36,923 nt of DNA from NCBI GenBank assembly GCA_043825735.1, contig JBDRRP010000014.1, positions 1 through 36,923 of the forward strand. The letters run 5' to 3'. The translations under genes and the position numbers were made by a program. Positions 17,135 through 24,969 of this stretch are shown here, piece by piece. How positions within the stretch are numbered: position 1 is the stretch's first letter; each line of letters opens with the position of its first letter. The notes beneath the pieces are model-generated. The model did no database searches. It had not been told where the DNA came from and saw only the letters and a program-made list of their open reading frames with translations. The stretch is from Pseudomonadota bacterium. GTDB lineage: Bacteria > Desulfobacterota > Desulfobacteria > Desulfobacterales > JBDRRP01.

Positions 17135-18856
17135 TCAGTCGCCGGAAGGCGCTGTGCCGGTTTCCTTCAGCCGCGCGATTTCTTCTTCCACCAATACGTT
17201 ATAAGCCACCTTTCCCACAAGGGTCAGAGGAAGCGTTTTGCGAAATTCGATTTCCCGCGGACAACTCCACTTGATGAGGTCTGCCCGACAATAGTCAATG
17301 AGGATGCGTTCCATGTCTGGGCCGGCCTTGGCAGGGTCCTTCAAGACGACAAACGCCTTCACCCGCTCCACCTGAACCTCGTCCGGCACGCCGATGACGC
17401 AGGCATCCCGCACTTCGGGATGCGTGTAGAGGCGCTCTTCCACCTGGACGGGATAAACGTTCATTCCCGAAGACTTTATCATTCGCTTCAGACGCATCTT
17501 ATAGTAGAAAAATCCATCGGCATCCATGGTGCCAATGTCTCCGGTGTGCAGCCAGAGCCGCCCATCGGCGTGTGCTTTCAACGTTGCGGCCGTTTCCTCC
17601 GGCTGATCCAGGTACCCCAACATCACGGCAGGCCCGCTGATGCAGATCTCGCCCTCCTCGCCGACCGCGGCCTCATCGATAGTGCCCATGCGAACGATTT
17701 TGGCCAGCATGTCCGGAAATGGAATGCCGATGCTGCCTTCCCGGTATTCCTTCATGGGCATGGCCATAATGGCGGTGACCGCCTCGGTGAGCCCGAAGCC
17801 TTCGCGCAACTGAATATCGCCGCCGCCCTCGCGAACCACCGCCTCGAAGCGCTCCTTGATGGCGCGCGGCAGGGTATCGGCGCCGCAAAAGGCCGCTTTC
17901 AGACATCCGAGCGCCGCTTTCTGAAATACGGCGTTGCCCGACAGGGCCTGAAACAGTGTCGGAACGCCCACAATGAAGTTGGGGCGCTTGCGGCGAATCA
18001 GGCGTGCCACCAACTCGGGGGTGAACTGGGGCACCAGGATGCTTTTGGCACCGCCCATGAACGCGGCATTGATACACACGCCCAGACCGAAACCGTGGAA
18101 AATAGGCAAAATGGCGAGAATGGCGTCCCCCTGGGTGAGCCCGCCCCAGGCGGCCACCATCTTGCCCTCGCTGATGAAGTTCCGGTTGGAGAGCATGATC
18201 CCCTTGGGTTTGCCCGTAGTGCCGCCACTGTACATGATAACGGCCAGATCCCGGGTGCCCATGGAAGATTCCGGCGCCGGCGTGCCGGGGGCCTGCATCA
18301 GGTTTTTCCACCAGTATACCATGGGGTCATCCGGCACGGCTGGAATCTTTCTCCCTTTTGTCACATAGAATCCGAGACGTTTGACAGGCCCCAGGTAATC
18401 GGGAATCCGGCAAAGCACCAGCTTCTCCAGCGGACTCTCGTCCTTGACGGCCGCGAACTTTGCATAAAACGCATCGAGAGTGAGCGCCATCCGGCTGTCG
18501 CTTAGATTCAGGTAAAAGGCGATTTCCGATGCCGTCGACAGCGGGTGAATCATGCTGGCGACGGCCCCCAGACGATTGGCGGCGTAAAAGGCGATAACGC
18601 TATGGGGACTGGTTGGCATGGCAATGGTAATGCGATCACCCGGCCGCAGTCCGAGCGCAGACAATGCGCCGGCGCACCGCTCGATGTCGCCCAGCAGCTG
18701 CCGGTAGGTGGCTGCGGTTCCCAGAAAGTCATAGGCCACCGCGTCCGGGTAGCGTTCAGCGGTCTCCTTGAGGACCTCGAAAAGTGTCTTTTCCGGGTAC
18801 TGCAGATGTGCGGGCACATCGCCGTAATAGCGCAGCCACGGTGCTCCTTCCGCCAT
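17135..18856 (-). CDS. long-chain-fatty-acid--CoA ligase-like AMP-binding enzyme
   Basis: YSGGTTGKPKG, LPIFHGFG, EGFGLTE, GEICISGP.VMLGY, WLHTGDIG, R.KRMIKSSGMNVYP, LP.TLVGK. Confidence 0.93.
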   Translation of the reverse strand: MAEGAPWLRYYGDVPAHLQYPEKTLFEVLKETAERYPDAVAYDFLGTAATYRQLLGDIERCAGALSALGLRPGDRITIAMPTSPHSVIAFYAANRLGAVASMIHPLSTASEIAFYLNLSDSRMALTLDAFYAKFAAVKDESPLEKLVLCRIPDYLGPVKRLGFYVTKGRKIPAVPDDPMVYWWKNLMQAPGTPAPESSMGTRDLAVIMYSGGTTGKPKGIMLSNRNFISEGKMVAAWGGLTQGDAILAILPIFHGFGLGVCINAAFMGGAKSILVPQFTPELVARLIRRKRPNFIVGVPTLFQALSGNAVFQKAALGCLKAAFCGADTLPRAIKERFEAVVREGGGDIQLREGFGLTEAVTAIMAMPMKEYREGSIGIPFPDMLAKIVRMGTIDEAAVGEEGEICISGPAVMLGYLDQPEETAATLKAHADGRLWLHTGDIGTMDADGFFYYKMRLKRMIKSSGMNVYPVQVEERLYTHPEVRDACVIGVPDEVQVERVKAFVVLKDPAKAGPDMERILIDYCRADLIKWSCPREIEFRKTLPLTLVGKVAYNVLVEEEIARLKETGTAPSGD

Positions 18857-18939
18857 TGCCCCTCCCCTTTTCGTCGATGAGAATCATTCAGCCGCACCAG
18901 GTGATCATGAATCACAATGCAGGACAGTGTCCACCGGTT

Positions 18940-18968
18940 CTTATACCGAACGACGGTCGGTTTATCAA
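18940..18968 (-). promoter_or_regulatory. sigma70 promoter of the CoA-ligase operon with a palindromic operator in its spacer
   Basis: TTGATA-N17-TATAAG. Imperfect palindrome ACCGAACG-A-CGGTCGGT at 18945-18961. Confidence 0.65.
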
Positions 18969-18976
18969 CCATTGGT

Positions 18977-19005
18977 TTTACATGAAATACGGCCTGTGTT
19001 ATAGT
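18977..19005 (+). promoter_or_regulatory. sigma70 promoter of the divergent TetR gene
   Basis: TTTACA-N17-TATAGT with an extended -10 TG. Confidence 0.65.
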
Positions 19006-19041
19006 CGTCAATCATAGCGCACCGGCACCGGGACATCGCCA

Positions 19042-19680
19042 ATGACGACCAACGATACCTTGAGTCAATTGAAGGAAAAGGAACGGGAAGTTCGGCGGGG
19101 ATTGATTATCGACGCTGCACGCACCCTATTCGGCATCAGGACCTACGACGCCGTTAGCATGGCGGAAATCGCCCGTACTGCCGGTATTGCAAAGTCCTCC
19201 ATCTACACCTATTTTCCCAGCCAGGAAGCGCTGTTTGTCGAAGTTGTGGCCAGGGATTCCGAGCGATGTATTCTGAAGATGGCGGAAACCATCCGCATTG
19301 GCGGGCAGCGTGCACTACCGCACGTGATTCACTATTTTCTGGACTATTATTTCGACAACGAGGCCGAGTGGCGGATGATCACCCGGTTTGCCCTTCACGG
19401 CGACATCAGCACCGCAGCCTCTCAGCGGCTGGATCTTGTGGCCCGCCGGCTGATGGATCTTCTGGAGCAGGCGGTAACCTCGGCAGCACCGGGACACACC
19501 GAGGCAAGACTCCTGTCGCATACGCTGTTTTCCGCGCTGAGCGGGATTCTCATCTCTTTTCGAAAATACCCGGGTCGCAGTGAAACGGCGCGTCGCCAGC
19601 ATATCAAGCGCATCGGCGAAACCGTTGAACGGATCCTCATGACGTATCTCTGCGGCCCGTCTCAAGACGAGGCCCCCTAA
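19042..19680 (+). CDS. TetR/AcrR family transcriptional regulator
   Basis: IIDAARTLF...VSMAEIARTAGIAKSSIYTYFPSQEALF HTH. Confidence 0.93.
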   Translation: MTTNDTLSQLKEKEREVRRGLIIDAARTLFGIRTYDAVSMAEIARTAGIAKSSIYTYFPSQEALFVEVVARDSERCILKMAETIRIGGQRALPHVIHYFLDYYFDNEAEWRMITRFALHGDISTAASQRLDLVARRLMDLLEQAVTSAAPGHTEARLLSHTLFSALSGILISFRKYPGRSETARRQHIKRIGETVERILMTYLCGPSQDEAP

Positions 19681-19731
19681 TCTACCATGTCGGTAGTGAA
19701 ATTCTTACAGGCTGCCTAAAAAAAAAATGAC

Positions 19732-19891
19732 TCGCGCGGAGACGCAGAGACGCTGAGAACTACTAAATCTGAAACACGAAGAAACATTTTTCGCACAGCG
19801 GTTACTGCGGTTACGGACGCTTCTTGCCAGCAACTGTGATTTTAACGGTTTTCATCCTGATATTTCTCTGCGTCTCTGCGCCTCTGCGCGA
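19732..19891. repeat. nested inverted-repeat element B (3x CGCAGAG core)
   Basis: TCGCGCGGAGACGCAGAGACGCTGAGAA (19732-19759) / TTCTCTGCGTCTCTGCGCCTCTGCGCGA (19864-19891), 25/28 complementary, 104-nt loop. Confidence 0.88.
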
Positions 19892-19904
19892 AAACGGTTT
19901 TTGG

Positions 19905-19932
19905 TTGCTGTGGTTCCGGATTGGGATATAAT
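19905..19932 (+). promoter_or_regulatory. candidate sigma70 promoter for the CMD gene
   Basis: TTGCTG-N16-TATAAT immediately downstream of element B. Confidence 0.45.
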
Positions 19933-19974
19933 TCATCGGACAAAAAACCTCATCACAAGGAAGGTTAAAACGGC

Positions 19975-20376
19975 ATGCACGAAGACGAACTCAGAAAACG
20001 CACACGGGAAACAGCGGCGCTGTACTTCAACGGCGTGTCGGGCGAAACGCCCTTTACCCTGTGGAAAGCATTTGATCCGGATCTGGCAAGGGATATGTCC
20101 CTGTTTATCACCGGCAGCATGTATGCCCGTCAAAAGCTGCCCCACCCCACCCGACAGTTGATAACGGTGGCGGCCCTCACAGTGCTTGGGAAAACAGAGG
20201 AGCTCAATCTTCACCTGCAGGCGGCACTCAACGTGGGTTGCAGCCCGGAAGAGCTTGCCGAGACCATTTTCCAAACCCTGGTTTACGGCGGCGTGCCCGC
20301 CGCCAACGCAGCCCTGAAAACCCTGCGTGATGTGCTGATTGAACGCGGCATGTGGCCTCTTGATGCGGGCGCCTGA
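19975..20376 (+). CDS. carboxymuconolactone decarboxylase (CMD/AhpD) family protein
   Basis: G.MYAR..L...TRQLITVAAL...ELNLHLQAALNVGCSPEELAE...YGGVPAA. No CxxC. AAGGAAGG SD. Confidence 0.9.
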   Translation: MHEDELRKRTRETAALYFNGVSGETPFTLWKAFDPDLARDMSLFITGSMYARQKLPHPTRQLITVAALTVLGKTEELNLHLQAALNVGCSPEELAETIFQTLVYGGVPAANAALKTLRDVLIERGMWPLDAGA

Positions 20377-20378
20377 CA

Positions 20379-20404
20379 GGCCGTCGGTACCGAGACCGAC
20401 GGCC
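20379..20404. terminator. GC-rich hairpin between convergent genes (possible terminator/REP)
   Basis: GGCCGTCGGT-ACCGAG-ACCGACGGCC perfect 10-bp stem. No U-tract. Confidence 0.45.
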
Positions 20405-20457
20405 GTCCGATGAATATTACGGCATTGGCTGCATCAGCCACACCGCTGGCAGGGTTG

Positions 20458-21021
20458 TCACGACACAAACGGGTTTTCCTTTGCGATCACCGCAGCCACT
20501 CTGGCAACGTGCCTGCCATGGTGCTGCGCTGCTTCGAGACTTTCTTCGGCCACCCCGGTCTGCTCAAGGTTGACGCCGGCCGAACGGCCGTAGGGTCCCC
20601 ATTGGAGCCCTCCCACAGCATAACCGGGGGTGCTCTTGGGAAGGGGAACGAAGACCATGCCAAGCTCTACGAAGTTATTGATCAGCGAAAGCATGGTCAG
20701 TTCCGCGCCACCACCGGCATTGCCGAAACCGCTGCCGGTCGCAAAGACGGCAGCCACTTTCCCCACCATCTTATTTTCCATCCACAACCCGCCGCAAACC
20801 GTGTCGATAAACTTCTTGATGCGCCAGTCCATGGCGCCCATGTGCACCGGTGTACCGGCAATCACCGCGTCAGCGGCAAGCATGTCTTCGGCAGTAACCG
20901 CTTCCGCGGCTTTTACCGTGACCTTCGCCCCGTCGACAGATGAGGCTCCAGCCATGACAGCGTCCGCCATTTTTTTGGTGTTCCCGTAATCGCTGGCATA
21001 GATGATCAAAATATTACTCAT
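20458..21021 (-). CDS. flavodoxin-fold NAD(P)H-dependent oxidoreductase (WrbA-like)
   Basis: ILIIYASDYGNTKKMA, GTPVHMG, KKFID, GKVAAVFATG..GGGAELT, WGPY. Confidence 0.9.
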   Translation of the reverse strand: MSNILIIYASDYGNTKKMADAVMAGASSVDGAKVTVKAAEAVTAEDMLAADAVIAGTPVHMGAMDWRIKKFIDTVCGGLWMENKMVGKVAAVFATGSGFGNAGGGAELTMLSLINNFVELGMVFVPLPKSTPGYAVGGLQWGPYGRSAGVNLEQTGVAEESLEAAQHHGRHVARVAAVIAKENPFVS

Positions 21022-21239
21022 AACGCCTCCTTAGATCCTGTTAAATTTGTTCCCATTGCAGTCGCGGTCCCAAGTTTCTTGAGCAATCTTCCCAGGCAAT
21101 CCAGCTCCCGGGAGTCAAGAACTGAAAAAAGCGCGGCCGCTTCGCTGGCATGATGCGGAAAAACCCTTTTGATTATGGTCAAAGTAGGCGCCGTTCCCAG
21201 CGCTGTCAATACATGAGAGACCGGCTCGGATGTGTCCAT
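21018..21239 (-). pseudogene. probable 5'-truncated MarR-family regulator remnant
   Basis: LTALG...IIKRVFPHH...LFSVLDSRELDCLGRLLKKLG resembles the MarR C-terminal helices. No winged HTH. Stop overlaps the flavodoxin ATG (ATGA). Confidence 0.55.
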
Positions 21240-21252
21240 CCACCGGCATTAA

Positions 21253-21278
21253 CCGCTGACGGCTGAAGCCGTCGGCGG
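21253..21278. repeat. REP/IS200-IS605-end-like hairpin
   Basis: CCGCTGACGGC-TGAA-GCCGTCGGCGG, 11-bp stem with one G-U. GTCGGCGGGT recurs at 21339-21348. Confidence 0.45.
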
Positions 21279-21383
21279 GTGGTTTCCGTTGTGGGTAAGC
21301 CTTCTGGAGTGGCGCGTGTGGGGCGCTATTTCGAAACGGTCGGCGGGTTTGCTTTCGCGGTGGAACCGGTGGTGCTCATTTCA

Positions 21384-21445
21384 GATAAAAAAGGGGTCGC
21401 CGCTAGTTCACGCGGTCGCAAGACCAGCGGCGATCGGCCCTTATC
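21384..21445 (-). terminator. probable intrinsic terminator after fliW
   Basis: Minus strand TCGCCGCTGGT...ACTAGCGGCGA-CCCC-TTTTTT directly after the stop codon. Confidence 0.6.
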
Positions 21446-21447
21446 GG

Positions 21448-21978
21448 CTAAAGCGCTTTAATGCCCACCTGCATCATCGCCAAAAACCGCAGGTAGTCTT
21501 CCCGAGCCTTTTCAGGATCACCGTCTTTTTCCGAGACGGCGCTGACAGTGGCACTGCACTGAACACCGGGCAGCTCTTTGTAAAGCCCCTTTCTGGTCTT
21601 GGGGTTCACGACCACCGGATGGGTAATATGGGGGATGAACTTGGGGTCAAACTGGCGGCGATGGGGGTGATCACGGTTTTCCGAAATAAACAAGAGGGTA
21701 ATCGCCTCCGAGAATTCACCGAGACCGAGAGCGCGCATTTCCGATGCCGACAGAAGCGTATCATCGTAGGAAATTCCGAATTTCTGTGCGAAAGAAACGG
21801 TAAACGCAATATCCGGATCATCGATGGACTGTAAAAAATAAAAAACCGGCACTTCGTTTTCCTCGGGCAATAGTGCATACCGGCCGTGGTTGTCGAACCC
21901 GGGAAGTCCATCAATAAAAGTGATCACGGTGTTCTCATCAATATCGCGTACTCCAAAATGAGCCGTCTGAATTTTCAC
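21448..21978 (-). CDS. fliW: flagellar assembly factor FliW-like protein
   Basis: MKIQT.HFG...ID...VITF..GLPGF, FYFLQSIDDPDIAF, PVVVN..TRKG. GTG start with AGGAGG SD. Confidence 0.8.
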   Translation of the reverse strand: MKIQTAHFGVRDIDENTVITFIDGLPGFDNHGRYALLPEENEVPVFYFLQSIDDPDIAFTVSFAQKFGISYDDTLLSASEMRALGLGEFSEAITLLFISENRDHPHRRQFDPKFIPHITHPVVVNPKTRKGLYKELPGVQCSATVSAVSEKDGDPEKAREDYLRFLAMMQVGIKAL

Positions 21979-22333
21979 AATCCCTCCTATCTTTATTCTG
22001 TTACGACCGATACCGCATGCAATCTGTTTTAGGTCAACCGTTGGCGGATGTCATTTCTTTGGCGCATTCTGGTAGAATCAACCGCGCCATTGATCGCCAT
22101 TGCGGCTTTAGGGGCGTTTTTTGCATACAATTTCTGACGGTTATCGTCAGTCGTAAAAAACCGGCCGCCATCCGCAACAAGAATATGCATTTAATACGCC
22201 AAATATGAAATTATTATCATTTGCGGCCGAACCCTGCCGCCACGGCACCCAGGGGGGGAATTTCCAGACACCACCACTCAATGAGCGCCTTTGAAGATCA
22301 CGGCATGAACAAATGGGGCTGAAAAAAATAGAA

Positions 22334-22529
22334 TCCGCTTCTCTATGAAGCTCCAGTTGTGCGTCAAAGACCGGTGCTCCCGATAACATTGTGATCACCA
22401 CGGAGTCACGGAGGGCACGGAGAAACGCAAAAAGTGTTGATTTTAATTATGAACTCTCCGTGTCCTCCGTGACTCCGTGGTTCAACATCACTGTGGGGGA
22501 AAGACCCACTGGCGCTTTCTGCATAAGCG
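22334..22529 (+). mobile_element. element C: full-length ~195-nt nested hairpin element (3x CACGGAG core), MITE/REPIN-like
   Basis: Core arms 22397-22423 / 22455-22481 are 26/27 complementary. Outer arms AAGCTCCAGT / ACTGGCGCTT are 9/10. A second copy lies at 12981-13084. Mobility is inferred. Confidence 0.85.
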
Positions 22530-22537
22530 CAAAATAC

Positions 22538-22580
22538 AAAAGGGCCACAATCGGTGATTGTGGCCCTTTTCATTTTTTTT
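22538..22580. terminator. bidirectional intrinsic terminator ending the ribosomal superoperon
   Basis: Perfect 15-bp IR AAAAGGGCCACAATC-GGT-GATTGTGGCCCTTTT with A/T tracts on both sides, just downstream of rplQ. Confidence 0.9.
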
Positions 22581-22603
22581 GAATCGATGCTTTTCGGTAG
22601 CGG

Positions 22604-23143
22604 TTACTTCTGCTCGGGTGCTTCACTGTCTTCGGCTGCATCCGCTTCAACGTTCACTTGAGCTTCGGCAGCGGGGGCCTCTGCGGCCTCGACCGGTGCC
22701 TCCTTGGCGATGACCGTCGCCTGCGGTTCGGGCGCGGCTTTCTTTGCGGCCTTCTTTTTCTTCACAGGTTTTGTCTTGGCCGCGGCCTCTGGTGTGACAA
22801 ATTCAATGATCGACATCATGGCGGCATCGCCCGGACGGAATCCGACTTTCACAATGCGCGTATAGCCTCCGGATACAGCACCGAAGCGCTCTTTGGCGGT
22901 TTCGAAAAGCTTGTGAACGACGTCTTTTTCATTGACGATTGCCATGGCCTGGCGGCGGGCATGAAGATCGCCGCGCTTGGCTAGGGTGATCAGGTGATCG
23001 GCGAGGCCTCGCAGCTCTTTGGCCCTTGCGTCAGTAGTCGTAATACGATCGTGCTTAACCAGCGATGTCACCATGTTACGAAACATGGCGTCTCGGTGAC
23101 TGCTGGTGCGATTAAATTTTGAACCGGCTTTGCGATGTCTCAT
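22604..23143 (-). CDS. rplQ: 50S ribosomal protein L17 with long low-complexity C-terminal tail
   Basis: MRHRK..KFNRTSSHR.AMFRN, GGYTRI.K.GFRPGDAA. Confidence 0.97.
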   Translation of the reverse strand: MRHRKAGSKFNRTSSHRDAMFRNMVTSLVKHDRITTTDARAKELRGLADHLITLAKRGDLHARRQAMAIVNEKDVVHKLFETAKERFGAVSGGYTRIVKVGFRPGDAAMMSIIEFVTPEAAAKTKPVKKKKAAKKAAPEPQATVIAKEAPVEAAEAPAAEAQVNVEADAAEDSEAPEQK

Positions 23144-23150
23144 CGGTTAA

Positions 23151-24173
23151 TTACTCCTCTTCCTCAAATTCTTCCTCCGGCGGCACAAAGCCATCCAATT
23201 TCATGCCAAGCTGAAGGCCCATCTCTGTCAACACTTCTTTAATCTCGTTCAATGATTTGCGCCCGAAGTTTTTAGTTCTCAGCATCTCGGCTTCGGTTTT
23301 TGATACTAACTGAAAAATTTTATGAATCTCTGCATTCTTCAAACAATTGGCGCTACGAACAGACAGTTCCAACTCGTCAACACTGCGGTAAAGGTTCTCA
23401 TTGAACCGAGGTCTGTTCTTATCGATCGCGTTTAACTTCCGCCGAGGCTCGGCTTCTTCATCGAAATTAATGAAGACCGCCATCTGCTCTTTCATTATTT
23501 TTCCGGCATAGGCAACCGCATCTTCAGGCTTGATGCTGCCGTCCGTCCACACTTCCAGAGTCAATTTGTCGTAATCGGTACGCTGACCGACACGGGCGTT
23601 TCCGACGACGTATACAACACGCTTGATGGGAGAAAATACGGAATCGATGGGGATGGTTCCAATGGGTGCTTCTTCATCCTTGTTCGACTCGGAGAGCGCG
23701 TACCCTTTACCGTATTTGACCACCAAATCCATCCGCAAGCGGCCGGTACCGTTTGTCAGCGTAGCGATATGCTGATTTGGGTTTAACACCAAGCATCTAC
23801 CGTCTTCGCTAACGATGTCGGCGGCGGTGACGACGCGCTCGCCGGTGACGTTGATGCTGACATTTTTTGGCTCAGGATTGTCCACCCGGAATCGCACTTC
23901 TTTCAAGTTCAGAATAATTTCCGAAACATCCTCGAGTACATCCGGCACGGTGGTGAATTCATGCATGACACCCTCAATACGGACCGAGGTCACCGCAGCG
24001 CCGTAAAGAGAGGAGAGGATAATGCGACGGAGGGAGTTGCCGATAGTAATGCCAAACCCCCTTTCGAGCGGTTCACAAACGAACTTGCCATAGGAATCGG
24101 TGCTGTCGACCTCAATCTTATTTGGCTTAATCATTTCACGCCAGTTCATGAACATAAGTTCGTCAGAGGACAT
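23151..24173 (-). CDS. rpoA: DNA-directed RNA polymerase subunit alpha
   Basis: [57 protein letters not shown]. Start at ATG 24173 preferred. Confidence 0.98.
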   Translation of the reverse strand: MSSDELMFMNWREMIKPNKIEVDSTDSYGKFVCEPLERGFGITIGNSLRRIILSSLYGAAVTSVRIEGVMHEFTTVPDVLEDVSEIILNLKEVRFRVDNPEPKNVSINVTGERVVTAADIVSEDGRCLVLNPNQHIATLTNGTGRLRMDLVVKYGKGYALSESNKDEEAPIGTIPIDSVFSPIKRVVYVVGNARVGQRTDYDKLTLEVWTDGSIKPEDAVAYAGKIMKEQMAVFINFDEEAEPRRKLNAIDKNRPRFNENLYRSVDELELSVRSANCLKNAEIHKIFQLVSKTEAEMLRTKNFGRKSLNEIKEVLTEMGLQLGMKLDGFVPPEEEFEEEE

Positions 24174-24252
24174 TTTCTCTCTCCAATACAAAAAATTTAT
24201 TCAGGGAGTAGACTCCCTATGAGTGGCAGGATCACTTTCCGGGGAAAAGATA

Positions 24253-24882
24253 CTATTTGGAGTAGAGCTCTACGATCAATTGTTCCTGCATCGGCATCGT
24301 CAAGTCTTCTCGCATCGGATATCCTTTCACACTACCTTTGAAAGCATCCTTTTCCAGCTCGAGCCATTGCGGCACGCCTCTACGTACAACAGCATCCAAT
24401 GAATCTGACAAACTCTGGATGGCACGGCTATTTTCCCTGACTTCGATGATGTCACCGATTTTTACCAGATAAGAGGGGATGTTGACCTTCTTACCATTAA
24501 CCAGAAAGTGATTGTGCTGTACGAAATGTCGCCCTTGATTTCTAGAGTTTGAGAACCCGAGGCGGTAAACGATATTATCGAGCCTGCGCTCAAGAGATAC
24601 AAGCAAGTTGGTACCCGTGATCCCCTTCTGGGTATCGGCTCGCTTAAAAAACAGGCGAAACTGTTTTTCCGTAAGGCCGTACATCCGCTTGACTTTCTGT
24701 TTTTCCCTGAGCTGAATACCGTAGTCTGATACCTTTCTGCCCCTGCGCTGACCGTGCTCCCCGGGGACGTAAGTGCGCCGATCAAAGGCGCATTTGTCTG
24801 AGTAGCACCGGTCCCCCTTCAGAAAAAGCTTCATATTTTCACGCCGGCACAACCGGCAAGTGGATCCAGTATATCGAGCCAA
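24253..24882 (-). CDS. rpsD: 30S ribosomal protein S4 (Cys-containing form)
   Basis: [37 protein letters not shown] start. Confidence 0.98.
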   Translation of the reverse strand: MARYTGSTCRLCRRENMKLFLKGDRCYSDKCAFDRRTYVPGEHGQRRGRKVSDYGIQLREKQKVKRMYGLTEKQFRLFFKRADTQKGITGTNLLVSLERRLDNIVYRLGFSNSRNQGRHFVQHNHFLVNGKKVNIPSYLVKIGDIIEVRENSRAIQSLSDSLDAVVRRGVPQWLELEKDAFKGSVKGYPMREDLTMPMQEQLIVELYSK

Positions 24883-24969
24883 GATTTCCTCCTTATTTGC
24901 CGCGGGGCAGTTAACTTAAATTCAATTGCCGCCGCTGTCACAATTTTTCTTCAGGGTAGGCAGATGGTG

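Noticed and set aside
17123..18505. 460-aa + strand ORF
   Set aside because: Entirely antisense to the acyl-CoA ligase; no motifs or SD.
19838..19856. GATTTTAACGGTTTTCATC resembling the A/D outer right arm
   Set aside because: Needs gaps to align and lies inside rather than outside the element B core.
21289..21834. 181-aa + strand ORF
   Set aside because: Antisense to fliW and crosses its terminator.
19732..22481. Tandem 8-9-nt units as a possible CRISPR array
   Set aside because: Units are too short, have no unique spacers, are arranged as inverted arms, and no cas genes are present.
22147..22582. ORFs 22147-22401 (-) and 22391-22582 (+)
   Set aside because: Both run through element C, and the second also through the terminator; no SD or recognisable family.
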